Below, in pieces: positions 22,632-31,627 of a stretch of 64,000 nucleotides of DNA (its first letter is position 1; every line of letters begins with the position of its first letter). The position numbers and the translations under genes were made by a program. Location: positions 5,956 through 69,955 of the forward strand of contig CAZZBH010000002.1 in the NCBI GenBank assembly GCA_964652605.1, read 5' to 3'. Below the pieces are notes generated by a model. The model saw only the letters and a program-made list of their open reading frames with translations, made no database searches and had not been told where the DNA came from. This stretch comes from an uncultured Planctomycetaceae bacterium. GTDB lineage: Bacteria; Planctomycetota; UBA8742; UBA2392.

Positions 22632-22652
22632 TGGTGGTACTTTTGGTGGTAG
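22632..22652 (+). repeat. Putative integrase arm-type site (tandem GGTGGTA half-sites), left copy
   Basis: TGGTGGTACTTTTGGTGGTAG lies between attL and the int start codon. A near-identical element occurs at 59268-59291. Confidence 0.4.
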
Positions 22653-22676
22653 TGCCCAAAGGGCAGGAGGGCCTAA

Positions 22677-24026
22677 ATGGCAAGGCGGAAGAGGAAGAAC
22701 AAGTATCCGGGACTGACCGTTTTCCGGGAAAAACGGGTGGGGACGCTACTGGTCAAATGGATCGACCCGCAGACCGGAAAGAAGCGTCAGGAGTCGCTGA
22801 GCAAGCAGGGCTATGCGTCCAAGGACGAGGCAGATCGTCGACTGCGCAAGCTCAGCCGCAAGGTGATGGACGAGCGAAGAGTTGTAGAGATCGAAGGTCG
22901 GCGCGAAAACGCCGGCGTCGAGTGGCCAGTGATTATCAAGACCTACCTCGCCCAGTACGCGCAAGTGCACTCGGAGAAGTCCAAGAAGCGGACGGAGCAT
23001 GCGCTCTATCCACTCAAGGAATGGCTGGCCGGCGACGGCAGACGCTACCGTGTCGGTGGTGACCTCAACCGGCTCGGCCTGCTGAGCCTTCACGACTGGC
23101 TGGGACGCCTTCGCCAGCGCGTGGGATGCAAGGGTCCCCGCGGAAAGCACGAACAGACGGACAAGCCGCTGTCCAACGCCAGCCTGAACAACTATCGGGC
23201 GGCGATCGTGGCGTTGCTGCACTGGGCGCGAAAACGCGAGTACTTCCGGATCACAGGCGACGACATCCGTGACACCATGCCGAAGTTCCGGGAGCGCAGG
23301 CCCCTGCCCGTGGAGGTGTCGCCGGCCGAGCTGGAGATCCTGATCAACGCGGTAGTCGAGCACGACACCGACCGCTGCCACGGATCGCGCGCCGACAAGC
23401 ACGCGTACTACTCGGGCGTGGCGAGCCCGGAAGCCGAGCTTCGATACAAGCCTTTGGCTCCGCTGGCCCTCCTGTTGATGCTGACCGGCATGCGCCTTGG
23501 CGAGGCGCTGCACGTGCGGTGGGACACGGTCGACTTCGAGCGCAAGTTCCTCGACGTGCGCGCAGACGAGTCTTCCGGCTGGGATGTGAAGACCCGGCAC
23601 GAACGGCGCGTTCCGTTCGGGGACAGTCCGGCGCTGGAGCGCCTGCTTCTTGGATTGCGCCTGCGCCGCGGCGAGAACCAGTACGTGATCGCCGGTGACG
23701 AGCCGGGCAAGGCCCGGCACTTCAGCCGCTACAGCTGGGACAAGCTGTTCGACCCCGGCCAGCGGGCGATCACTCCGAAGATGTTGCGCTCGACGTTCGC
23801 CACGGCGCTGGCATGCGCCCGCGGCGGGCCAATGCCCTACGAGCTGGCGCATCGACTGGGACACTCGGTGGAGGTTGCAGCAAGGAACTACATTCGCCAG
23901 TCCGATCCGAGAGCCGGCACCACGGTCGAGGAATGGTTGGGTGTCCGTGACAAGCTCGACGAGGCGTTGGACGCGCTAGGATATCCGAAAGTTGAGCTAG
24001 CCAACCGCGGCCTGCGGGTCGTTTAG
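22677..24026 (+). CDS. int: Tyrosine-type site-specific integrase (phage integrase family)
   Basis: A 449-aa product with an N-terminal basic/SAM-like region and a catalytic domain (..LLMLTGMRLGEALHVRWDTVDF.., ..MLRSTFATALA.., HRLGHSVEVAARNYIR). It is adjacent to the tRNA-derived repeat. Confidence 0.85.
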   Translation: MARRKRKNKYPGLTVFREKRVGTLLVKWIDPQTGKKRQESLSKQGYASKDEADRRLRKLSRKVMDERRVVEIEGRRENAGVEWPVIIKTYLAQYAQVHSEKSKKRTEHALYPLKEWLAGDGRRYRVGGDLNRLGLLSLHDWLGRLRQRVGCKGPRGKHEQTDKPLSNASLNNYRAAIVALLHWARKREYFRITGDDIRDTMPKFRERRPLPVEVSPAELEILINAVVEHDTDRCHGSRADKHAYYSGVASPEAELRYKPLAPLALLLMLTGMRLGEALHVRWDTVDFERKFLDVRADESSGWDVKTRHERRVPFGDSPALERLLLGLRLRRGENQYVIAGDEPGKARHFSRYSWDKLFDPGQRAITPKMLRSTFATALACARGGPMPYELAHRLGHSVEVAARNYIRQSDPRAGTTVEEWLGVRDKLDEALDALGYPKVELANRGLRVV

Positions 24027-24040
24027 CTGCGCAGGGGATC

Positions 24041-24066
24041 GGGGGACGGGGTATCTCCCGTCCCCC
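24041..24066 (+). terminator. Perfect 10-bp GC hairpin after int
   Basis: GGGGGACGGG-GTATCT-CCCGTCCCCC begins 15 nt after the int stop. Confidence 0.4.
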
Positions 24067-24251
24067 GGGTAGGCGGGTTGAAACCTCGACTGCCTTGAGC
24101 CGGAGAGGGCGCGCATCCATTCGCGTATGTGTTGGAGGGATTGGATTCCATGGCACTGGATTGTTGAAGGAAGTAAGCCTTAGAAATCGTGATCCGTTTC
24201 CTGTGTGGGGCAGGTACAAAACGTATGCAATTGCACTAATGCGCAGACAGT

Positions 24252-24872
24252 TTGTACCCTGTGTATATGACGAAAACGACCAGAAAAAAGATCATCCGAC
24301 TGGCAAGGGCCGGCGGAGTAATCCGTGCAGCGGAGGTGGAAGCTGCCGGCATCCATCGCAAGCACCTGATCGAGCTGACGCAAGACGGCACGCTGGAGCG
24401 GGTAGGACGCGGCCTGTATCGCCTAGCTGGCAGCCCAGTCACCGAACACCAATCGCTGGTCGAGGCATCCAAAGCGGTCCCGCAGGGCGTCATCTGCCTG
24501 CTGTCGGCGCTTGCGTTTCACCGCATGACCACACAGCTACCGCACGAAGTCTGGATTGCCATCAGCCGTGAAGCGCGAAGGCCGACATTCCATTCGCTCC
24601 AACTTCGCGTGGTGCAGATGAGTGAGCGTGGACTGAACACCGACGTTGAGCACCACAAGCTAGCTGGCGTTGAAGTACGCGTGTTCAGCAAGGCAAAGAC
24701 CGTGGTGGATTGCTTCAAGTGGCGCAAGATCGTGGGCCAAGACGTGGCGATCGAGGCGCTGCGAGATTACCTCAGCCGCAGAAGCAGCAAGCCAACGGAA
24801 CTGATGCGGCTGGCGAGGATCTGCAGAGTTTCCAGCGTCATGAGACCTTACATGGAGGCGCTGGTTGGGTAA
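24252..24872 (+). CDS. AbiEi-family type IV toxin-antitoxin antitoxin / transcriptional regulator
   Basis: The N-terminal winged-HTH region (..RAAEVEAAGIHRKHLIELTQDGTLERVGRGLYRL..) and overall length fit the AbiEi_4/COG5340 pattern. It overlaps the downstream nucleotidyltransferase gene by 8 nt. Confidence 0.6.
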   Translation: MYPVYMTKTTRKKIIRLARAGGVIRAAEVEAAGIHRKHLIELTQDGTLERVGRGLYRLAGSPVTEHQSLVEASKAVPQGVICLLSALAFHRMTTQLPHEVWIAISREARRPTFHSLQLRVVQMSERGLNTDVEHHKLAGVEVRVFSKAKTVVDCFKWRKIVGQDVAIEALRDYLSRRSSKPTELMRLARICRVSSVMRPYMEALVG

Positions 24873-25782
24873 GAGCAAGCCGACCAACATTGCCGCGTCG
24901 GTCCGTGACCGGCTGCTGAATCTGGCTAAAGAGCGAGGCGAGGATTTCAACTTCGTTCTGGCCCGCTACGCCATAGAGCGCTTGATGTACCGCCTCAGCC
25001 GGTCAGGGCACCGCGACAGCTTTGTGCTCAAGGGAGCAACCCTGTTTCACGTGTGGGGTGTTGCCGCACACCGAGCCACCAAGGACGTCGATCTATTGGG
25101 GCGCGGTGACAACACGCCGACCGGATTGATTCAGGTCCTGCAGGATGTGATTGAAACGGACGTCGAGCCTGACGGCATTCAGTTCTTGGCGTCGTCGCTA
25201 AGGGCCCAAGCGATTGCTCCCGAAGCCGAATACAAAGGCGTGCGCCTGACGATGACCGCGAAGCTCGGAACCGCACGGATCGCCGTGCAGGTGGACGTGG
25301 GTTTTGGTGATGCAGCGACGCCGAAGCCCAAATTGACGGAGCTTCCAGTGCTGCTCGACCTTCCCGCGCCAAAGATCAGGACGTATGCCAAAGAGACGGT
25401 CGTGGCCGAGAAGTTCCAAGCAATGGTGCATCTCGGCCTTCTGAACTCGCGCATGAAGGACTACTTCGATCTATGGCTAATGGCGAACACCTTCGAGTTT
25501 GACGGGGAAACGCTGGCCACGGCCATCGCGGCAACATTCAAGCAAAGACGAACTCCGATGCCTGTCGAATTGCCGGACGGCCTTGGAGACGAGTTCGTGG
25601 GAGACGAGAGAAAGCTATCTCAATGGAATGGATTCGTGAGGCGTGTTGCACAGGTACACCAAGGCGTCTCCCTTGCCAACGCAGTTGCGGACCTGCGCCA
25701 GTTCTTGATGCCGGTGGCCGAAGCGATCGGATCTGGAGCGCCTTATCGCAAACGGTGGCGTCCGGGAACGGGTTGGAGCTAG
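24865..25782 (+). CDS. AbiEii/AbiGii-family nucleotidyltransferase toxin
   Basis: GATLFHVWGVAAHRATKDVDLLG matches the nucleotidyltransferase GS...D.D motif. The C-terminal region resembles AbiEii, and it is paired with AbiEi. Confidence 0.65.
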   Translation: MGKSKPTNIAASVRDRLLNLAKERGEDFNFVLARYAIERLMYRLSRSGHRDSFVLKGATLFHVWGVAAHRATKDVDLLGRGDNTPTGLIQVLQDVIETDVEPDGIQFLASSLRAQAIAPEAEYKGVRLTMTAKLGTARIAVQVDVGFGDAATPKPKLTELPVLLDLPAPKIRTYAKETVVAEKFQAMVHLGLLNSRMKDYFDLWLMANTFEFDGETLATAIAATFKQRRTPMPVELPDGLGDEFVGDERKLSQWNGFVRRVAQVHQGVSLANAVADLRQFLMPVAEAIGSGAPYRKRWRPGTGWS

Positions 25783-25864
25783 AGGTTGGCTGCTCGGTTG
25801 AACCCACTAACGTGTTGGTAGATCACTGATGAGTCGAGATCTACACGCGCGACACTATCGGCTG

Positions 25865-27082
25865 TCAGCAGCGGCCGTCACTTTGTGGTCGTACCCGATA
25901 GACGGCTGGTTCCATGAGTAGTTCCTTGCTTCCGAATGACGGATGCGGAATGGATAACAGCTTTGGTCGCTTGGTGAGAGCATCGAACACCAGATAAAGA
26001 TAGTAGTTGCCCGACTCCGCAGCCCGTCGGAACTCGTTTGCCGTCAGCAGGAACCCTCGTTCCATGTCGCCCGCGCTTGTGCTCTTTACTTCTATCTGGC
26101 GCTCGGATCCGTCAACGTCAAATGACTGGATGTCATACCCCGCTCTGTCGTCTTCCAACGCGATGTGCCGAATTTGGCTGGCGAGGTCGGATCGACCCGC
26201 CTTGAGCAGGCGATTACGCTCCCATTCCAGCACAATGTATTCTCCGCGGTCCCCGATTCGTTTCGACTGTCGAGCTAGCTCTTCATAGTTCGGCTTTCCG
26301 CGTCCTTCGCCCCCGCGAACCCCTGCCAGCGGGCCAGAGGGTAACACTGACAGTTCTTGAGTCCCGGAGACGGCCACGGTGAGATGTGGAAGCTCGTTAG
26401 AATGTGGCGCGCGCTCTGCGGCAACGCCGACAGGTCTTAGCGGACCTTGGTAAAGAAACTGCATGAACAGCACTGGTGGCACATCCACCGCTTCGGATAG
26501 GTCGTTGCGATAGCGCATCAGCGCGCGCTGCATCCGCGGACCGTCGCCGAGGTCGCCGGGTAGGTTCAGCTCACTGGTGAAGTGGCACAGATGTGCGTCC
26601 GAATAGATCGGTGCATAGCGCTCTGGATGGTAAATCGCGAGGAGCTTGCCCTTGAACATCGGAGAAAGATCGACCCGTTGGATGGCGACTTCGTCATCCC
26701 GATCTGCAGCCGCCAGCAAGTCGAGAATTGAAGGCTTGATCTCCTCGAACCCTGCAATGGGGTCGCCAATCCATCTCTTCTTGGCCCGATATGTCTTGCC
26801 TACCTCTCCCTTCTTCTTCCCGAAGTAGACTCCAAACTTCATCGCGGTGCTGCCACGCATGTCGCCCAACGTGAGCAACTCAAACTCGATTCGATAGCAG
26901 AATGTCTTCTTTCCCTTGCCGCTGACGTATTCGTCGATGGTGAGTTCTGCAATACGATCTGGTGGGAAGTCCGCCACGAATCGCGCCCGGAGTCGCTCCG
27001 TACGCTCGCAACCCTTCCACTCTTCCTTGGTCAGCCCGCCAAGCCAGCGTTGCAGGTCCTCCGTGAACTCGTTTCGATTCAT
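25865..27082 (-). CDS. Hypothetical protein with C-terminal DUF3883-like PD-(D/E)xK nuclease fold
   Basis: The C-terminus ..YDIQSFDVDGSERQIEVKSTSAGDMERGFLLTANEFRRAAESGNYYLYLVF.. has the D...EVK restriction-endonuclease-like motif and the YYLY tail typical of DUF3883. Confidence 0.45.
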   Translation of the reverse strand: MNRNEFTEDLQRWLGGLTKEEWKGCERTERLRARFVADFPPDRIAELTIDEYVSGKGKKTFCYRIEFELLTLGDMRGSTAMKFGVYFGKKKGEVGKTYRAKKRWIGDPIAGFEEIKPSILDLLAAADRDDEVAIQRVDLSPMFKGKLLAIYHPERYAPIYSDAHLCHFTSELNLPGDLGDGPRMQRALMRYRNDLSEAVDVPPVLFMQFLYQGPLRPVGVAAERAPHSNELPHLTVAVSGTQELSVLPSGPLAGVRGGEGRGKPNYEELARQSKRIGDRGEYIVLEWERNRLLKAGRSDLASQIRHIALEDDRAGYDIQSFDVDGSERQIEVKSTSAGDMERGFLLTANEFRRAAESGNYYLYLVFDALTKRPKLLSIPHPSFGSKELLMEPAVYRVRPQSDGRC

Positions 27083-27154
27083 CTGAAGTTACTCCTGCTC
27101 GGCGCGGAAGACCCGCATCGCCTCAACCGGACCGTTTGTGACGCACTTGACACG

Positions 27155-27988
27155 TTACCCGACCGACTTCTTGTAGCAGTAGACCATCCTTCCGGGCGCA
27201 ACTATCAGCCACACACGACGGTTCCAAGCCTGCAGTACGGGCCCCTCGGCGAGGAAGCCGTGCAAATCAGCAAAGGTTGTCAGAGGCATGCACGGACGAT
27301 CGGCGATGCGCTTCCGCTTGCTACCAGTTCTTACCGGCATCTTGCCGTGGTCTGGCCAGACATCGTAGTTCGATCTTGGGTTAGGCGATCCAGCACGATC
27401 GGTCCGTGTGTAGGCGAGCATGTGGATCACTGACGCGTCTAAGGCGGTAACTCGTGAGAACCCCTTATGCGTCAAGCTCTTGAAGGCATCAGCAGCAATC
27501 GGCGGGGCGTCAGCAGAGTAGCCTATTCTACTTCCTTTGTATGATGGGTCGAAGATATTGTGTCGCCATAGACAAAGGGTGCCACCGCCCTCGGATTGCC
27601 AAAGCACAGATCCAAAGACGTCCGCCGATGCTAGGTAAAATGGCTTTGAGAACAGCCGGCGAAGTGGTCGCGAACACGCGGAAAGGGCGGACTTCTTACC
27701 TGCTGATTCGTGAGCGACAAGTGGCTTCCGCCAGAAGACCTGCGGTAAGGACTCCGCCGACGTGTTGGGCTTCGCCTGCAGGTACTGCTTTGCTAGCTCA
27801 CGGACTTCTTCTGCGGCTGATTCCCATTCGGACTTGGACAGCCAAAGCCGTATGCCAGAGTACTCCGAGAACGCCCTCAGGCGGATCCACGAAAACAAGC
27901 CCTCACCGGGATGGGGCAACTTGCTCTTCGCCAAGATCGGCCGCGGCTCCTTTTTCTTTTTGATCCTCGTCGCCACATGTCTTCCCAA
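27155..27988 (-). CDS. Hypothetical protein (co-oriented partner of the DUF3883 protein)
   Basis: A 277-aa ORF with no family I can assign from sequence alone. Confidence 0.3.
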   Translation of the reverse strand: MGRHVATRIKKKKEPRPILAKSKLPHPGEGLFSWIRLRAFSEYSGIRLWLSKSEWESAAEEVRELAKQYLQAKPNTSAESLPQVFWRKPLVAHESAGKKSALSACSRPLRRLFSKPFYLASADVFGSVLWQSEGGGTLCLWRHNIFDPSYKGSRIGYSADAPPIAADAFKSLTHKGFSRVTALDASVIHMLAYTRTDRAGSPNPRSNYDVWPDHGKMPVRTGSKRKRIADRPCMPLTTFADLHGFLAEGPVLQAWNRRVWLIVAPGRMVYCYKKSVG

Positions 27989-28234
27989 ACCAACCGCAGA
28001 GTTATGCTTGCCTAGGGCCTCGCCAAACGCCTTTTCGGTTTCGATTGCGGTCGATAGGATGCCGCTCGGATTGGCGCAAGGTGCCCAAAGTAAAGACCTC
28101 GGTTCCGTGAGACAAGAGTGTCGCGATGATTGCTAGTCTCCTGCGTGCGCGCATATGGCCAGCGGCTGGTCCGTGAGAGCGCTACGGTCCCACGCCATGC
28201 GTCACCGGTTCGGGGCAGCGGAACGCAAATGTGA

Positions 28235-31200
28235 TTGGATCTCGTGCCGAAGATATTCGACAACATTGAGGCAAAGCTGCTGCCGGCGTTGGTAGAGGGC
28301 GTCAAGGCCGCATATCGTGCTGACTTCTGCGTCGGCTTCTTCAACCTACGCGGATGGAAGAACCTCGCGGAGCATGTCCAGCGATTCGAGGGCGGCGACA
28401 AATGCTGTCGATTGCTTGTAGGCATGCAGCGTCTTCCGGAAGAAGACCTGCGCGACGCGTTGTCTCTCGCTGGTAGCGTAGATCAACTCGACAATGCCAC
28501 TGCCCATCGGCTCAAGATGCGTATGGCTCGCGGCTTTCGAGAGCAGTTGGCCATTGGTGCTCCAAGAGTCGAGGATGAGGCCGGTTTGCGTCAGCTTGCG
28601 GCACAACTTCGTTCCGGCGTGGTCGTAGCTAAACTGTTCCTCCGCTATTCGCTCCACGCGAAGCTCTACCTGTTGCATCGACACGACAACATTACGCCGC
28701 TGTTCGGCTATCTGGGGAGCAGCAATCTCACCCTTGCCGGGCTGGTTCATCAGGGCGAACTCAACGTGGATGTCGTCGATCAGGATGCGGCGAATAAGCT
28801 GGCCAAGTGGTTCGACGATCGGTGGTTCGACCACTACTGCGTTGACATATCGAAGGAACTAGCCGAAATCATCGAGCAAAGCTGGGTCAAGCCGGACCTA
28901 TCCCCATACCTCATCTACCTCAAGATTGCGTTTCATCTCTCCCAAGAAGCCCGCACCGGTCTCGCCGAATTCAAGATTCCAAAGGAGTTCAGCAACAAGC
29001 TATTCGAGTACCAGAAGGCAGCGGTCAAGATCGCTGCCCATCACCTCAATCGGCGCGGCGGGGTGCTCATTGGAGACGTGGTCGGGCTTGGTAAGACGCT
29101 GGTCGCAACAGCGATTGCCCGCATCTTTGAAGACGACTACTCCATGGAGTCGCTCATCCTCTGCCCCAAGAATCTGGTACGCATGTGGGAAGATCACCGC
29201 GAGCAGTATGGGCTCCGGGGCAAGGTCCTATCGATCAGCCGGGCAATGACGGAGCTACCAGATCTAAGGCGCTACAAGCTGGTGATCATCGACGAGAGCC
29301 ACAACCTCCGTAACCGCGAAGGCAAGCGCTATGGTGCCATTCGCGAGTACATTCACGCCAACGAAGCTCGTTGCGTTCTGTTGTCCGCAACGCCCTACAA
29401 CAAGTCGTTCATCGATCTGTCCTCGCAGCTACGCTTGTTCGTTGAGGAGGGCACAGACCTCGGTGTCCGGCCAGAGAAGCTCCTAAAGGACATTGGCGGC
29501 GAAACAGAATTCCTCAAGGCTCACCAATGCCCAGTCCACTCGTTGGAAGCCTTTGAGAAGAGCGGCTACACCGACGATTGGCGTGAGTTGATGCGGCTCT
29601 TCATGGTTCGGCGCACTCGCAGCTTCATTGAACAGCACTACGCGGAAACAGACGCCAACGGTCGGAAGTTCCTCACATTCGAGAACGGCGAAAAACAATA
29701 CTTCCCAAAGCGGGTGCCCAAGACCCGCAAGTTTGACTTGGACGATGCAGACCCGAATGATCAGTATGCCCGCTTGTTTACCGACTCGGTCGTGGATCGC
29801 ATCAACCACTTGCGGCTCCCAAGATACGGACTCGGCAACTACGTAGTGGCGAGGCCATCGACGCCGCCAACAACCGCTCAGGCGCGGGTACTCGCGGGCC
29901 TATCTCGGGCGGGCCAACGGCTGATGGGTTTCTGCCGAACAAACCTGTTCAAGCGGCTGGAAAGCAGTGGCGCAGCGTTTTTGCAGTCAGTGGATCGCCA
30001 CATCTTGCGCAACCTGATCGTCCTGCATGCGCTTGACCACAGCCTCGACATCCCAATTGGTACGCAGGACACGGAGATGCTGGACACCCGCTTCACGGAT
30101 GAGGATGCGGACGAGCAGGACCTTTTTGAGCGCGACGACGACACGGAGGTACCAGAAGCACCTGAGAACCCCGACCCGGCGGCACTGTCACTTGAATCGT
30201 TCCAGTCTTTGGCCGAGAGAGCCTATGCAAGGTACGCAGGGGAAAAGAGACGTCGCTTCAAATGGCTACCAAGTGCGCTCTTTCGCGCTGACCTACGTGA
30301 GCATCTTCTGGCGGATGCCAAATCGTTGCTCGTGCTTTTGAATGACGCTGGTGAGTGGGATCCGGGCCGCGACAACAAGCTGCAAGATCTCATTGACCTG
30401 CTTAGTCGCAAGCATCCGACCGAGAAGGTCTTGGTCTTCTCGCAGTTCGCGGACTCCGTGGACTACCTTGTGGAGCATCTTGGCGCCGCAGGCGTTAGCC
30501 GAATCGAAGGCGCCACCGGCCAGTCGTCTGACCCCACTGCATTAGCTTGGCGCTTCAGCCCCGTTAGCAATGAAAAGGTCGGCAGAATTAGCGCACAGGA
30601 CGAGCTGCGAGTGCTCGTGGCCACCGATGTCCTTAGTGAAGGCCAAAATCTGCAGGATGCTGCGATCGTCGTGAACTACGATCTGCCGTGGGCCATCATT
30701 CGCCTAATCCAGCGTGCGGGCCGCGTGGACCGTATTGGACAGCTAGCAGACAAGATCCTCTGCTACTCCTACCTGCCAGCCGATGGCATCGAGCGCATCA
30801 TTAGGCTCCGCGGGCGCGTACGCCAGCGTCTGCATGAGAACGCCGAGGTCGTCGGGTCCGACGAGGCTTTCTTCGAGGACGCGGATAGCCATACCCGGGT
30901 GCTCGACCTGTACAACGAGAAAGCCGGCATCCTCGACGAAGGTGAGGACGGGGATGTGGACCTCGCGTCCTACGCCTACCAGATTTGGCGCGACGCGACG
31001 AAAGACAACAGGGAGCTGGCCAAGCAGGTCGAGCAGTTGCAAGACGTCGTCAATGCGACCAAGCCCCACAAGTCGTCTCCCGATCGGCCCGAAGGCGTGC
31101 TTGTTTACGCTAAGACGAATCACGGGACTGACGCGCTCGCCTATGTCGACTTGGTCGGAAACGACGTCACCGAATCTCAACTTGAGATTTTGCAGCTTGC

Positions 31201-31624
31201 CGCATGTGAACCGGACACGCCGGCTATGCCGCGGCACTCCACGCACCATGCTCTTGTAGAGCAATCGGTGTCGGAGTTGGTGAAGAAAGAAACGCAGATC
31301 GGCGGTCAACTCGGAAGCTCCCGCGGCGCGCGATTTCGCGTGTATGAGCGCCTCAAGAACATTGCCGAGCATCAACGCGGAACGATGTTCCAGAACCCGG
31401 AGCTTGAAAAGACGATCGAAGAGATCTACCGCTTCCCGCTGCGCGAGCTGGCCAAGGATGCTTTGAACCGCCAGTTCAAGGCGGGCATCGACGACGACGA
31501 TCTGGTGAAGCTTGTGCTGGATCTGAGGTCAGAGGGACGGCTCTGCCAAGTTACCGAAGAGCAGCAGCGCCATGAAGCGCGCATCATCTGTTCCATGGGC
31601 CTTGCGAAGAAACAGGATGAATAG
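28235..31624 (+). CDS. Fusion of phospholipase-D-like (HKD) nuclease domain and SNF2-family helicase
   Basis: The N-terminal PLD motif is LHAKLYLL...GSSNLTLAGL. The SNF2/SF2 motifs are Walker A GDVVGLGKTLVAT, DExH VIIDESHNLRN, and helicase-C LVATDVLSEGQNLQDAAIVVNYDLPWAIIRLIQRAGRVDRIGQ. Confidence 0.8.
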   Translation: MDLVPKIFDNIEAKLLPALVEGVKAAYRADFCVGFFNLRGWKNLAEHVQRFEGGDKCCRLLVGMQRLPEEDLRDALSLAGSVDQLDNATAHRLKMRMARGFREQLAIGAPRVEDEAGLRQLAAQLRSGVVVAKLFLRYSLHAKLYLLHRHDNITPLFGYLGSSNLTLAGLVHQGELNVDVVDQDAANKLAKWFDDRWFDHYCVDISKELAEIIEQSWVKPDLSPYLIYLKIAFHLSQEARTGLAEFKIPKEFSNKLFEYQKAAVKIAAHHLNRRGGVLIGDVVGLGKTLVATAIARIFEDDYSMESLILCPKNLVRMWEDHREQYGLRGKVLSISRAMTELPDLRRYKLVIIDESHNLRNREGKRYGAIREYIHANEARCVLLSATPYNKSFIDLSSQLRLFVEEGTDLGVRPEKLLKDIGGETEFLKAHQCPVHSLEAFEKSGYTDDWRELMRLFMVRRTRSFIEQHYAETDANGRKFLTFENGEKQYFPKRVPKTRKFDLDDADPNDQYARLFTDSVVDRINHLRLPRYGLGNYVVARPSTPPTTAQARVLAGLSRAGQRLMGFCRTNLFKRLESSGAAFLQSVDRHILRNLIVLHALDHSLDIPIGTQDTEMLDTRFTDEDADEQDLFERDDDTEVPEAPENPDPAALSLESFQSLAERAYARYAGEKRRRFKWLPSALFRADLREHLLADAKSLLVLLNDAGEWDPGRDNKLQDLIDLLSRKHPTEKVLVFSQFADSVDYLVEHLGAAGVSRIEGATGQSSDPTALAWRFSPVSNEKVGRISAQDELRVLVATDVLSEGQNLQDAAIVVNYDLPWAIIRLIQRAGRVDRIGQLADKILCYSYLPADGIERIIRLRGRVRQRLHENAEVVGSDEAFFEDADSHTRVLDLYNEKAGILDEGEDGDVDLASYAYQIWRDATKDNRELAKQVEQLQDVVNATKPHKSSPDRPEGVLVYAKTNHGTDALAYVDLVGNDVTESQLEILQLAACEPDTPAMPRHSTHHALVEQSVSELVKKETQIGGQLGSSRGARFRVYERLKNIAEHQRGTMFQNPELEKTIEEIYRFPLRELAKDALNRQFKAGIDDDDLVKLVLDLRSEGRLCQVTEEQQRHEARIICSMGLAKKQDE

Positions 31625-31627
31625 CCG

